A DNA stretch of 64,000 nt from an uncultured Chloroflexia bacterium (GCA_963748625.1 CAVVJT010000010.1:672001-736000), one strand, 5' to 3'. Shown: positions 15,777-26,671, numbered from the stretch's first letter. Notes: generated from the sequence alone by a model not told the origin. A program made the numbers and translations.

Positions 15777-15920
15777 TCCGCCAGCATCTGACCAAGCGGT
15801 CAGTGCGGGACGGGTCTTTTTGATCGGGGTTCTCCTTGAATTTACGGCGAAGTGATCTTGTCGTCGTCGATCCTGGGAAGGTTCGACAACGCTCGATCTT
15901 CTTTACTGCCGTCATCTATC

Positions 15921-15936
15921 CAGTTGTTAAGGTGCA
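15921..15936 (-). promoter_or_regulatory. boxA-like antitermination element in the 16S-23S spacer
   Basis: TGCACCTTAACAACTG, identical to the copy in the rrn leader. Confidence 0.6.
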
Positions 15937-16093
15937 CCGCCGAAGCGGTCCACGACCGGCACACCGGTCGTCCAGCAGATCCGCTGGTCGGTGGGCTCGC
16001 CAGGCGAGCGCACTGATCAGGGGATTGCCGCCCGGGCCATCCCGGGGGTCTGTATGAAACTTGAAGGTGGGTTCTGTCTGCCAGCGGCCGAGG

Positions 16094-16169
16094 TGGTGGA
16101 GACGAGGAGACTCGAACTCCTGACCCTCTCCTTGCAAAGGAGATGCTCTGCCAACTGAGCTACGTCCCC
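16094..16169 (-). tRNA. tRNA-Ala(TGC)
   Basis: Cloverleaf with anticodon arm TCTCC-TTTGCAA-GGAGA; CCA encoded. Confidence 0.97.
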
Positions 16170-16190
16170 AAGGAGGCGACGGACAGGGAG

Positions 16191-16267
16191 TGGTGGGCGC
16201 ACCTGGACTCGAACCAGGGACCTCGGCCTTATCAGGGCCGCGCTCTAACCAGCTGAGCTATGCGCCC
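16191..16267 (-). tRNA. tRNA-Ile(GAT)
   Basis: Cloverleaf with anticodon loop CTGATAA; CCA encoded. Confidence 0.97.
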
Positions 16268-16486
16268 CTGAGGGGCTGGCCGGCAGGGCGGCTGCACCGT
16301 AACCCTTGAAGAGTGGTAGGAACAGGGCCGTAGATCATGCCCGGTACGGTGTCTCGCCGAGTCGCAATTCGATCTCCGGCTTGCGCCGGCGCACCCCACT
16401 CGACTAGAGGTGCAAACGATCGTGCGATCAACCTGGGAGCCATCAACGCCGGCAGCCCACCGATTTGCTGCCGACTCGGATCTCCC

Positions 16487-17981
<1,495 letters not shown>

Positions 17982-18054
17982 AACTCAGCCTTGCGGCTAA
18001 GAAGCTCAAGCTTGGTCCAGGCACGTTCTCGTGCTGAAGTTCCTACCACTCTTC

Positions 18055-18070
18055 AGTTGTTAAGGTGCAG
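18055..18070 (-). promoter_or_regulatory. boxA-like element in the rrn leader
   Basis: TGCACCTTAACAACTG. The adjacent GAAGAGTGGTAGG can pair with its complement at about 16308-16320 to form the 16S processing stem. Confidence 0.6.
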
Positions 18071-18105
18071 CGCCCGGCCTTTACCGCCCGGAGCGCGGAC
18101 TGCTC

Positions 18106-18134
18106 ATATTGCCGCAGTTCGCTCCCCGTGTCAA
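18106..18134 (-). promoter_or_regulatory. rrn P2 promoter
   Basis: TTGACA-17 nt-CAATAT. Confidence 0.75.
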
Positions 18135-18205
18135 ACGGGGTGTCGGGGTGGTGGCCGCCGGAGCGACCGACCGTCGAGCCTCGGGTTCGTGAGGCGCGAG
18201 GAGGG

Positions 18206-18234
18206 ATGTTAGGGAAGGTCGGCCCGGCTGTCAA
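18206..18234 (-). promoter_or_regulatory. rrn P1 promoter
   Basis: TTGACA-17 nt-TAACAT, exactly 100 bp upstream of P2. Confidence 0.8.
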
Positions 18235-18273
18235 ACGGATGCTCCAGCGAGGTCCCGGATCTCCGTGGCGCGC

Positions 18274-18459
18274 TCAGATCGGGCCTTCCTGGGCGAGAAG
18301 CACGATCATCCCTCCGAAGAGAAAGCACAGGATGGCGAGCTCGGCGGTTGGCACGGCACCGGCGAGTCCGATGGCCACGGCGAAGGCCACGAGCCCGATG
18401 ACCAGCGCGAGGAGGGGCTTGATCCCCCGGAGCAACACTTCGAAGATCAGCTCACGCAC
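18274..18459 (-). CDS. Small two-TM membrane protein (61 aa)
   Basis: GTG directly follows the recR stop; two hydrophobic stretches. Confidence 0.65.
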   Translation of the reverse strand: MRELIFEVLLRGIKPLLALVIGLVAFAVAIGLAGAVPTAELAILCFLFGGMIVLLAQEGPI

Positions 18460-19077
18460 CTAGAGCGCCCTCCGGCCCTGGAGCGCCCGGATGAGGGTCA
18501 CGTCATCGGCGTACTCGAGATCGCCCCCCACGGGCAGGCCGCGTGCAATACGTGTCACCGACGCGACGAGGCCGTCGAGGCGCTCGCCAAGGTACATCGC
18601 GGTCGCCTCGCCCTCGAGCGTGGGGTTGGTGGCGATGATGACCTCCTCGATCTGCGCACCGTCACGCTTCGCCTCCGCAGCCCGCTCGAGGAGCTCGCGC
18701 ACCTTGAGCCGGTCCGGTCCGATGCCGTCGATCGGGCTGATCGCGCCATGGAGGACGTGATAGCGGCCCTTGAACTCGCCCGTCCGCTCGATCGCGAGCA
18801 CATCGAGCGGCTCCTCCACGACGCACAGGCGGAGCACGTCGCGCCCGGGATCGCGGCAGATCGGACAGAGGGGGGCGTCGCTGATGTTGAAGCAGCGGTC
18901 GCAGAAGACCACCTCGTCGCGCACGGCGATCAGCGCCCGGGCGAGGGCACGCGCCTCAGCATCGGGAGCGCGGAGCAAGTGGTAGGTGAGCCGCTGCGCC
19001 GTCTTGGGTCCGATGCCCGGCAGCCGGGCAAAGGACTCGATCAGGCGTGCGACGGGTTCGATGACCGCGCCGGCCAT
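18460..19077 (-). CDS. recR: Recombination mediator RecR
   Basis: LPGIGPKTAQRL HhH, CxxC..CxxC zinc finger and TOPRIM (ATNPTLEGEATA). Confidence 0.97.
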   Translation of the reverse strand: MAGAVIEPVARLIESFARLPGIGPKTAQRLTYHLLRAPDAEARALARALIAVRDEVVFCDRCFNISDAPLCPICRDPGRDVLRLCVVEEPLDVLAIERTGEFKGRYHVLHGAISPIDGIGPDRLKVRELLERAAEAKRDGAQIEEVIIATNPTLEGEATAMYLGERLDGLVASVTRIARGLPVGGDLEYADDVTLIRALQGRRAL

Positions 19078-19087
19078 GGGCGGGCGA

Positions 19088-19393
19088 TCAGCCCAGGCCG
19101 GGGATGCGCAGGCCGGCCGTCACGGCGCCCATCCGCTGCTCGGCCATGGCCTGGGACGCGCGGAGCGCCTCGTTCACCGCAGAGGTCACGAGGTCCTGGA
19201 GCATCTCCACGTCCTCGGGGTCGACGGCTGCCGGGTCGATCGTGAGGCCCACGAGGACCTGCTTGCCGGTGACGGTGGCCTTGACGACGCCGCCGCCCGC
19301 GGACCCCTCCACCGTTGCGGTCTCCAGCTCCTCCTGGATGCGCGCCATCTGCTGCTGCATCTGCATCAGCATCTTCTGCGGGTTCATGCCCAT
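19088..19393 (-). CDS. ybaB: YbaB/EbfC nucleoid-associated protein
   Basis: GSAGGGVVKATVTG and DPEDVEMLQDLV; lies between dnaX and recR; GGAGGA SD. Confidence 0.93.
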   Translation of the reverse strand: MGMNPQKMLMQMQQQMARIQEELETATVEGSAGGGVVKATVTGKQVLVGLTIDPAAVDPEDVEMLQDLVTSAVNEALRASQAMAEQRMGAVTAGLRIPGLG

Positions 19394-19476
19394 TGGCGCT
19401 GGTCCTCCAGTGCTCGTGATGTGGTGAGGGTCAGTCTCGCGCATGCGCGGCGCTCGTGCACGCCCCTGGACGGCGG

Positions 19477-21192
19477 TCAGCTGACCTCGGGGATGTCGAG
19501 CCGGTCCTCGGCGAAGATGCGGTGTGCCTCAGCCAGGATCGCGGCCGCCTCCTGGTCATCGGGAAGGGGCGGCACGAGCTCCAGGTTCGTCGCAACGAGC
19601 CGGACCCCGACCTCGTGGCCGAGGAAGGCGCCGATGCAGCTCTCGAGGAGCGGCCTGCGGCGCTCGGTCAGATCCTTGAGGAACGCCTTCTCCTCGGGGA
19701 ACCCGATGGTGACGATCCGGCCCTCGATCCCCATCGGCCGGCAGTCGACGACGGCGGCCTTGGCCGCGGGACTCCGCGCGGCGATCGCGGCCACGACCGT
19801 CGTCCAGCCGCCACGGAGGCGCTCGAGGTCATCGTCGATGGGGATCGGGGCGCCAGGAGCCGGAGGCGGCGCCGGATCGGACGGGGGGGCCGCTACCTCG
19901 GGCGGTGCGGGGTCGGGATGCGGAGTCGGGGTGACGAGGGCGGGGGTCGGGGTCGGGGCCGGGGTCGGGGCCGGGGTCGGGGCCGGGGTCGGGGCCAGGG
20001 TCGGGGCCGGGGTCGGGGCCGGGGTCGGGGCGACGGGGGCCGGGGTCGGGGCGACGGGGGCCGGGGCCGGGGCGACGGGGGCCGGGGCCGGGGTCGGGGT
20101 CGGGGCGGATGACGACGATGGCGCCACGGCAACCGGTCGGACCGCCAGAGGCGCTGAGGGAGCTGCCTCGAGCAGGGCGAGCTCCAACTGCAGCCGCAGA
20201 CCGCCGGGTCCGAGCCGCGTGGGGTCGATCGAGGCGAGCCGGCGGGCGGCGGCGGTCACCCCGGGGTTGGTCCCCGCTCCCGACGCGAGATCGGCGAGGA
20301 GCTGCGCACGCAGCGCATCGACGGCCTGGTCAAGGAAGGCTCGCAGGTCGCGACCACGCTCCTCGAGGGCATCGAGCTGGGCGATGCCGACCGCCGCGTC
20401 CCCGGTGACGAGTGCGTTCCCGAACGCCTCCACCAGCTCCCCGTCGGCGAGTCCAAGGAGCTCCCGGACAGCATCGGCCGTGATCGGCCCGGACGTGGAG
20501 GCCAGCAGCTGGTCGAGGATCGATTCGGCGTCGCGCATGCCGCCGGCAGCGAGGCCGGCGATGACGGCCACGGCGTCGGGGTCGGCTGCCCGACCATCTG
20601 CGCTGAGGATCCGCTCCAGCTTGCCGCTGATCTCGGGAATGGTCAGCCGACGCACGTCATAGCGCTGCAGGCGCGACAGGATCGCGGGAGGGAAGCCCTG
20701 CGGGTGAGTGGACGCGAACATGAAGACGACGAAGTCGGGGGGCTCCTCGAGCGACTTGAGCAACGCGTTCCACGCGTCCTTCGTGATCTGGTGCGCCTCG
20801 TCGAGGATGTAGACCTTGCGCCGCAGCTCCCCGGGCGGGTAGTTGATGCGCTCGCGCAGCTCACGGATGCTGTCGATGCCGCGGTTGGACGCGGCGTCGA
20901 TCTCGATGACGTCGAGGGTGGCCCCATCACGGATGGCCGTGCAGGCCGTGCAGCGATCGCAGGGATCGGCGTTTGCCGCGAGGTCCAGGCAGTTGACGGC
21001 CTTGGCGACGATGCGGGCCAGGGAGGTCTTGCCGGTGCCGCGCGGGCCCGTGAAGAGGAGCGCGTGCGAGACCTGGCCGGTCGCCACCGCGTTGCGCAGC
21101 GTGGCGACCACCGCCTCCTGGCCGACGATCTCGGAGAACGTCTGGGCGCGCCAGCGGCGGTAGAGGGCCTGGTGGGGTGTCCCTGTCGTCAA
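19477..21192 (-). CDS. dnaX: DNA polymerase III subunit gamma/tau
   Basis: ALYRRWR, GPRGTGKT, EIDAASN and ALLKSLEEPP; CAGGAG SD before TTG at 21192. Confidence 0.95.
   Translation of the reverse strand: MTTGTPHQALYRRWRAQTFSEIVGQEAVVATLRNAVATGQVSHALLFTGPRGTGKTSLARIVAKAVNCLDLAANADPCDRCTACTAIRDGATLDVIEIDAASNRGIDSIRELRERINYPPGELRRKVYILDEAHQITKDAWNALLKSLEEPPDFVVFMFASTHPQGFPPAILSRLQRYDVRRLTIPEISGKLERILSADGRAADPDAVAVIAGLAAGGMRDAESILDQLLASTSGPITADAVRELLGLADGELVEAFGNALVTGDAAVGIAQLDALEERGRDLRAFLDQAVDALRAQLLADLASGAGTNPGVTAAARRLASIDPTRLGPGGLRLQLELALLEAAPSAPLAVRPVAVAPSSSSAPTPTPAPAPVAPAPAPVAPTPAPVAPTPAPTPAPTLAPTPAPTPAPTPAPTPTPALVTPTPHPDPAPPEVAAPPSDPAPPPAPGAPIPIDDDLERLRGGWTTVVAAIAARSPAAKAAVVDCRPMGIEGRIVTIGFPEEKAFLKDLTERRRPLLESCIGAFLGHEVGVRLVATNLELVPPLPDDQEAAAILAEAHRIFAEDRLDIPEVS
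19940..20106 (-). repeat. 12-bp tandem repeat encoding a (PAPT)n linker in DnaX
   Basis: Repeated GGGGTCGGGGCC units on the + strand. Confidence 0.85.
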
Positions 21193-21237
21193 CGTCGCTC
21201 CTGCTCGATGGGCATGGGGCGGCCGGGTTGGAGAAGT

Positions 21238-21503
21238 GCCGTGCACCCTCCGTCGATACGGACGCACCCGCGCCCAGCGGTGAGCGCGGCTCGGACCAGG
21301 CCGTTCCGCGGCACCCGGCGATCATCGCTGAGTGCTGCTTCCTTCCGGACCTGACACGGTTCACGAGTCGCCGCTGCGCGGGACCCGGTCCTCAACGTCG
21401 CGAACACCGTCGGCTCTCGAGAACGCCGACCTCGGGAGGGAATTCAGCCCTGCTGGAGCGGATTGCAGGTACAGGGCACCGCTAGTTCCCCGCCTAGCAC
21501 GGC
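21238..21503 (-). ncRNA. ffs: Large (Alu-domain-containing) bacterial SRP RNA
   Basis: Helix-8 motif TGTCAGGTCCGGAAGGAAGCAGCA; paired ends GCCGTGC..GCACGGC; TAGACT -10 upstream; sits directly before dnaX. Confidence 0.93.
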
Positions 21504-21626
21504 GCGCAGAGTCTACCTTGGATCGTGCCCGGACAGAGCCGGGCGCGAGGAGGCGCGGACGGGCGCGAGGGTCGTGGGATGGGAGGTGTCCGCGGGGAGC
21601 AATGTGCTCGACCGGCGAAGAGGGGC

Positions 21627-21714
21627 TGGCGGAGAGGGCGGGATTTGAACCCGCGATGGGTTGCCCCATACCGCATTTCCAGTGCGGCGCCCTAGGCCAC
21701 TAGGCGACCTCTCC
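21627..21714 (-). tRNA. tRNA-Ser(GGA)
   Basis: CCGCA-CTGGAAA-TGCGG anticodon arm, long variable arm, GCCA end. Confidence 0.96.
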
Positions 21715-21731
21715 GCCGCCAAGAATAGCAA

Positions 21732-21757
21732 GACCCGACGAGTTGCCTCGTCGGGTC
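21732..21757 (-). terminator. Hairpin between the two tRNA-Ser genes
   Basis: GACCCGACGAG-TTGC-CTCGTCGGGTC perfect inverted repeat. Confidence 0.7.
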
Positions 21758-21774
21758 CATCAGCTGGGCACCTG

Positions 21775-21862
21775 TGGCGGAGAGGGTGGGATTCGAACCC
21801 ACGCTAGCTCTCGCTAGACCGCTTTTCGAGAGCGGCACCATCAACCACTCGGACACCTCTCC
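21775..21862 (-). tRNA. tRNA-Ser(CGA)
   Basis: CCGCT-CTCGAAA-AGCGG anticodon arm, long variable arm, GCCA end. Confidence 0.96.
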
Positions 21863-21951
21863 GCCGCGAAGGATAGCAAAGGCTTCGGGGCGTGCCGCGC
21901 GGGGCGATGCCGCGGAGCCCCATGGGACGCAGGCGGGTCCGAGGCCGGGGG

Positions 21952-23109
21952 TCAGGGCGTGCTGGCGTACGGGGCAGGCCACCGACGCATGGCGATGACC
22001 GCACCCACCGGCGTGGCGATCGCGGCCACCGCGAGCACGGCGGACACCGAGCCTGTCGCAGTCACCAGCGGCAGGCCCGCGGCGGCGACCAGGAGGGAGC
22101 CGACCGCGCCGGTGGCAAAGTGCAGGGCAGAGGCCGCCGCCTGGCGGTCCGGCGGAGCGGAGGCCAGCACGGCGGCGAGCGAGGGGAGCGCGGTCCAGGC
22201 GAACCCGGCCCCGAACAGCAGCCTTGCCGCGACAAGGAATGACGGCGTCGGGGCAAGGGCGGTGAGCAGGCCCGAGACCGCCAGGAGCAGGCCGGCGACC
22301 AGGAACATGCGCCGGCCACCGAGCACCCGCAGCACGACAGGCACAGCGAGGAAGGCGGGCACCTCGACGATCGTCCCCGCCGCGATCGCGAGGCCGATCT
22401 CCCAGCCGGAGCCACCGAGCTCCGCGATCCGCGGTCCGGTGAAGATCGTCGGGGCACTCGCGCCGGCGTAGACGACCGCGAGCGCGGCCAGGAACACTGG
22501 CGAGCGGCCCACCCCGGTCCGGACCGCACGGATCATGCTCTCGCCGCCGGCCTCCGCCAACCCGGTGCCCCGGCGCAGCTCGCTGCCCAGGCGCACGGCG
22601 ACCACCGCCGCCGTCGCGGCGCACAGGCCCGCCCCGAAAATCCCCGGCGCGGCCCATGCGAGTCCCGAGAAGGAGACGGCCGCCCCGACGATGAGGGCCG
22701 CAAGGATGTACCCGGTGGAGGCGCCGACCCGCACGCGTGCGTACTTGGTGCGACTCCCCTCGAACCGCGCCAGGGCCAGGGAGTCGGCGAGCGGCGCGAA
22801 CGCCGAGGACACCATCGACCAGGCGAGGAACGAGACGATCAGCACCCACAGCACGCCTGCGGCGTGGCCGAATGCCGCGGGCACGCCCGCCAGGAAGGCG
22901 ACCACGAGGATCCGCCTTCGTCCATGCCGGTCCCCAAGGCGTCCCCACGTGGGGGCGGCGATGAGCGTCAGGATCGCCGCTGCGGCGGCCAGCGGCCCCA
23001 CGAGCGCTGCCGGCAGTCCAGCGTTGATCAGGAGAACAGCCGCGAACGGACCGATCGCGCCATAGCTGGACCCGCGGAGCAGGAAGAGGGCGAGGAGGCG
23101 GAGCGTCAT
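21952..23109 (-). CDS. MFS transporter
   Basis: About 12 hydrophobic segments; motif A GRLGDRHGRR. Confidence 0.85.
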   Translation of the reverse strand: MTLRLLALFLLRGSSYGAIGPFAAVLLINAGLPAALVGPLAAAAAILTLIAAPTWGRLGDRHGRRRILVVAFLAGVPAAFGHAAGVLWVLIVSFLAWSMVSSAFAPLADSLALARFEGSRTKYARVRVGASTGYILAALIVGAAVSFSGLAWAAPGIFGAGLCAATAAVVAVRLGSELRRGTGLAEAGGESMIRAVRTGVGRSPVFLAALAVVYAGASAPTIFTGPRIAELGGSGWEIGLAIAAGTIVEVPAFLAVPVVLRVLGGRRMFLVAGLLLAVSGLLTALAPTPSFLVAARLLFGAGFAWTALPSLAAVLASAPPDRQAAASALHFATGAVGSLLVAAAGLPLVTATGSVSAVLAVAAIATPVGAVIAMRRWPAPYASTP

Positions 23110-23134
23110 CTGCTGAGCCGTCGCGTGGGAGCGA

Positions 23135-23581
23135 TCAAGCCCCCACCGATGCCTCCTGGCCTGCAAGCTCCTCAGCCTCGGCGCGACAGATCCCGGAGAC
23201 CACCTCGAGGCGGCGCCCGAGGGCCGGGTGCCGGGCCAGCTGGACCACCGTGCCGGCAGCGCCCGAGACAGGATTCGGGGCGGCGTACACCAGCATTGCG
23301 GCATCACATTCGAGGAGGGCGCCAACGCACATGGGACAGGGCTCGAGGGTGGTGAAGATGGCGATGTCCGAGAGACGCGGCGTGCCGAGCTTGCGGGCGG
23401 CCTCGCGAAGCACCGCGACGACCGCGTGGGCGGTCGGGTCCGCGCCATCGCCCGCCGCACAGGACCCGCGGGCCACCATCGCGTCGTTGAGTACCGCCAC
23501 CGCGCCGACCGCAGGGGCACCCCGGGCGGCGGCGGCCCGGGCCTCCGCGAGCGCCTCCCCCATGAACAGCGCGTAGTTCAT
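23135..23581 (-). CDS. tadA: TadA-like nucleoside deaminase lacking the catalytic Glu
   Basis: FMGEALAEA..VGAV..DPTAHAV..TTLEPCPMCVGA; located near tRNA-Ser(CGA), ffs and dnaX; TATCAT lies 7 nt before the ATG. Confidence 0.8.
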   Translation of the reverse strand: MNYALFMGEALAEARAAAARGAPAVGAVAVLNDAMVARGSCAAGDGADPTAHAVVAVLREAARKLGTPRLSDIAIFTTLEPCPMCVGALLECDAAMLVYAAPNPVSGAAGTVVQLARHPALGRRLEVVSGICRAEAEELAGQEASVGA

Positions 23582-23746
23582 GCAATCGATGATAACCACT
23601 TGGCCGTCGCGCTACGATGACCCTGAACCGTGCCGCATCCCCGGCGCAGCAAGCGCCGGCCCGCATCGTGGCGTGCGATGCGCGCTCCCGGACGGCACCT
23701 CGCTATCCCCCCGGCCGGCGGCCGGGGCCAACCGGAGCCTCCACGC

Positions 23747-24937
23747 ATGGCTGCACCCCAGCGCATCGGAATCCTGACCGGCGGCGGCGACGTCCCCGGC
23801 CTCAACGCGGTCATCAAGAGCGTCGTCTACCGGGCGACCGACCTCGGGTACGAGGTCCTCGGCATCCGCCGTGGCTGGGAGGGCCTGACCCACCAGCGCC
23901 GCAGTCCCGAGCTGGACCCGGAATACGTGCGGATCCTGGACCGGATCAACACCCGGACCATCGACCGGACCGGCGGCACGATCCTGCACTCCTCGCGCAC
24001 GAACCCGCGCAAGATGCGGGCGAAGTCCTTCCCCGCCTGGCTGGACCCGAAGACGGTCGCCGGCAAGGAGACCGCGGAAGGTGTCTTCGATCTCACCGAC
24101 CATGTCCTCGACACGATCGAGCACCTTGGCCTGACGCACCTCGTCACCATCGGCGGCGACGACACGCTCTCCTTCTCGTCCGTCCTCTACGGGCGCGGCC
24201 TGCCGCTCGTCGCGATCCCCAAGACGATGGACAACGACGTCAACGGGACCGAGTACTGCATCGGCTTCTCGTCTGCGATCACCCGGGCGAAGGAGGTCCT
24301 CAACCGCCAGCGCACGACCCTCGGGTCGCACGAACGCATCGGCGTGTTCCGCATCTTCGGCCGGGATGCCGGCTTCACTGCGCTCTACACGGCGTACGTG
24401 ACCAGCACCCGGGCGGTCATCCCCGAGTTCAACTACGACATCAAGGCCCTGGCGGAGGTGCTCAAGGAGGACCACCGCAACAACCCGTCGCGCTACGCCA
24501 TCGTGATCACCGCCGAGGGCGCGATGTGGGAAGGCGGCCACATGCAGGAGACGGGCGAGGCTGACGCCTTCGGACACCGGCACAAGATGAACGTGGGCGA
24601 GGTCCTCGCGTCGGAGCTCAAGAGCCTGACCGGCATCGAGTCGGTTGCGTCCGACCTCACCTACGACCTGCGCTCGGGCGAGCCGGACATGCTTGATTCG
24701 ATGGTCGCCTCGACCTTCGCCAACGTGGCGATGGACCTCATCCGTGACGGCATCGGCGGGCGCATGGTCGCCATCCGTGACGGCAAGTACAGCCACGTGT
24801 CCCTGGCCGAGACGGGCAAGCCGCCGCGCCGCGTCCAGCTCGACGCCTACGACCTGGAGCGCTTCCGCCCGAAGTACTCGGACAAGCTGGGCTCGCCGCT
24901 CCTGCTGACCCCGTCGCTGGGGCCGGTGGTCGACTGA
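23747..24937 (+). CDS. pfkA: 6-phosphofructokinase (PfkA family), PPi-type signature
   Basis: ILTGGGDVPGLN, GGTILHSSR, IGGDDT and PKTMDND. Confidence 0.9.
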   Translation: MAAPQRIGILTGGGDVPGLNAVIKSVVYRATDLGYEVLGIRRGWEGLTHQRRSPELDPEYVRILDRINTRTIDRTGGTILHSSRTNPRKMRAKSFPAWLDPKTVAGKETAEGVFDLTDHVLDTIEHLGLTHLVTIGGDDTLSFSSVLYGRGLPLVAIPKTMDNDVNGTEYCIGFSSAITRAKEVLNRQRTTLGSHERIGVFRIFGRDAGFTALYTAYVTSTRAVIPEFNYDIKALAEVLKEDHRNNPSRYAIVITAEGAMWEGGHMQETGEADAFGHRHKMNVGEVLASELKSLTGIESVASDLTYDLRSGEPDMLDSMVASTFANVAMDLIRDGIGGRMVAIRDGKYSHVSLAETGKPPRRVQLDAYDLERFRPKYSDKLGSPLLLTPSLGPVVD

Positions 24938-24982
24938 GATCCCCCGCCCGGCAGGCGCCGGGCGAACCCTCGTGGAGCCCTC

Positions 24983-25008
24983 GACGGGCCGCCTTCGGGC
25001 GGCCCGTT
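24983..25008. terminator. Hairpin between convergent genes
   Basis: GACGGGCCGCC-TTCG-GGCGGCCCGTT. Confidence 0.7.
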
Positions 25009-25022
25009 GGATTCCCGGCGTC

Positions 25023-25904
25023 CTAGCCCTCCATACCGGAGAGCTGGCGGATGGCGCGCGCGAGGTTCGACATGTCCTCGTCGCCGTAGCCGCGGGCGAC
25101 CAGCCCTGCCTCCAGCTGCGCCGCAAGGGCGGCGAGCGGCAACACGGTGCCCGTCTCCTTGCCCAGCTCCATCGCGATGCCGAGATCCTTGAGATGGAGC
25201 GCGGTCCGGAAGCCCAGCGGATAGTCGTTGGCGATCATCTTGCCGCTGCGGTTGGCCAGGATCCAGGAGCCGGCCACGCCACCGCCGAGCGCCTGGGCGG
25301 TTGCCACCGGGTCGAGCCCCGCCTTCATGGCGAGGACCATGCCCTCGGCAACCGCGAGGTACACGCCCGCGATCATCACCTGGTTGACGGCCTTGACCGC
25401 CTGGCCTGCGCCTGCAGGGCCGAAATGGGTGATGGTCGTGCCCATCGCCGCGAGCACCGGCCGGGCGCGCTCCACATCCTCCGGCTCGCCGCCCACGAAG
25501 ATGGTGAGCGTGCCCTTGCGGGCCCCCTCGGACCCGCCGGACACAGGCGCATCCACGAACCCGATGCCGCGCTCGCGCAGGCGGGCAGCGAACGCGCGCG
25601 TCGCCCCGGGCGAGATGGTTGAGACGTCGATCACCAGGCTGCCCGCCGCGAGCCCCTCCACGATGCCGCCGGCGCCGAACAGCACCGCCTCGACATCCGG
25701 CGTGTCGGAGACACAGGTCAGCGCCACGGTTGCGTCCCGGGCCGCGTCAGCTGCCGTTGCAGCCTCGACTGCTCCCAGGGCCACGACGTCCGCCGCCCTG
25801 CCCGGCGTGCGGTTCCAGACGGTGACCTCGAACCCTGCCTTGCGGAGGTTGGCGGACATCGCCGACCCCATGGTGCCCATGCCTGCGAATGCGATCCGCT
25901 CCAC
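25023..25904 (-). CDS. NAD(P)-dependent beta-hydroxyacid dehydrogenase (3-hydroxyisobutyrate/tartronate-semialdehyde reductase family)
   Basis: GMGTMG Rossmann motif, DAPVSGG, catalytic KAVNQ and KDL; AAGGAGG SD. Confidence 0.9.
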   Translation of the reverse strand: MERIAFAGMGTMGSAMSANLRKAGFEVTVWNRTPGRAADVVALGAVEAATAADAARDATVALTCVSDTPDVEAVLFGAGGIVEGLAAGSLVIDVSTISPGATRAFAARLRERGIGFVDAPVSGGSEGARKGTLTIFVGGEPEDVERARPVLAAMGTTITHFGPAGAGQAVKAVNQVMIAGVYLAVAEGMVLAMKAGLDPVATAQALGGGVAGSWILANRSGKMIANDYPLGFRTALHLKDLGIAMELGKETGTVLPLAALAAQLEAGLVARGYGDEDMSNLARAIRQLSGMEG

Positions 25905-25999
25905 TGGTGCCTCCTTCGGTCTGACGGCGAAGCGTACCGGGGGCGGGTGCCCGCGCGACCGCCATTCCGGTCAGGCTCCGGCCGCGTACGATGCGCTCC

Positions 26000-26671
26000 A
26001 TGGATGCGCTGGGATTCGATCGACGCAAGTTGGGAACCGGTCTGCTCGCCTTCGGCTTGACGGGGGTGCTGCTCGCGGGGGTCATCGCCACCGCTCTCGT
26101 CGGCGGTGCGGTTGCCGCCCGCAACCTCGATGAGCGGTTGATCGCGGACCAGGAGCGGCTCGCAGGCGCGCTCACCCGTCTCACGGTATCCATGGAGTCG
26201 CTCGCCCTGACGACCGAGCACGCTGGTGACACGCTGGCCACCTCGGCCTCCACGGTCGCGGAGGCCCAGCTGGTCCTGCAGGACACCGCGAGTGCGGCGG
26301 GGGCGCTCGCCTCGGCGCTGGACATCTCCATCCTGGGCAGCAAGCCGTTCGCCGGTGCCTCGGACAGGCTGAGCGCGCTGGCCCTCCGCCTCGCCGACTT
26401 CGAGGGTCAGGCGGGCGGACTCGCGCTCAACCTGGACACGAACGCCACGGATGCGGCGGCGATGACCGAGCAGGTCCGCCAGCTCAAGGTCCAGATCCAG
26501 GAGCTGGCCACGACCGTCGCCGACTTCGACCGGATCGACCAGGTCGTGGGCCTGCTCATCGGCGGCATCGTGCTGGCTGGGGCGCTCGTGGCCTGGGTGG
26601 CGGTGGGTGCGGCGATCTGCGCGTGGATCGGCTGGCGGCTCCGCCGGGGCCCACCCGCGATGCCCGCCTGA
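26000..26671 (+). CDS. Hypothetical membrane protein (TM, coiled coil, TM)
   Basis: Two terminal hydrophobic helices flank an Ala/Leu heptad region; TACGAT lies 7 nt before the ATG. Confidence 0.7.
   Translation: MDALGFDRRKLGTGLLAFGLTGVLLAGVIATALVGGAVAARNLDERLIADQERLAGALTRLTVSMESLALTTEHAGDTLATSASTVAEAQLVLQDTASAAGALASALDISILGSKPFAGASDRLSALALRLADFEGQAGGLALNLDTNATDAAAMTEQVRQLKVQIQELATTVADFDRIDQVVGLLIGGIVLAGALVAWVAVGAAICAWIGWRLRRGPPAMPA

Noticed and set aside
19477-21192. Programmed frameshift in dnaX (tau/gamma)
   Set aside because: No A-rich slippery site was seen.
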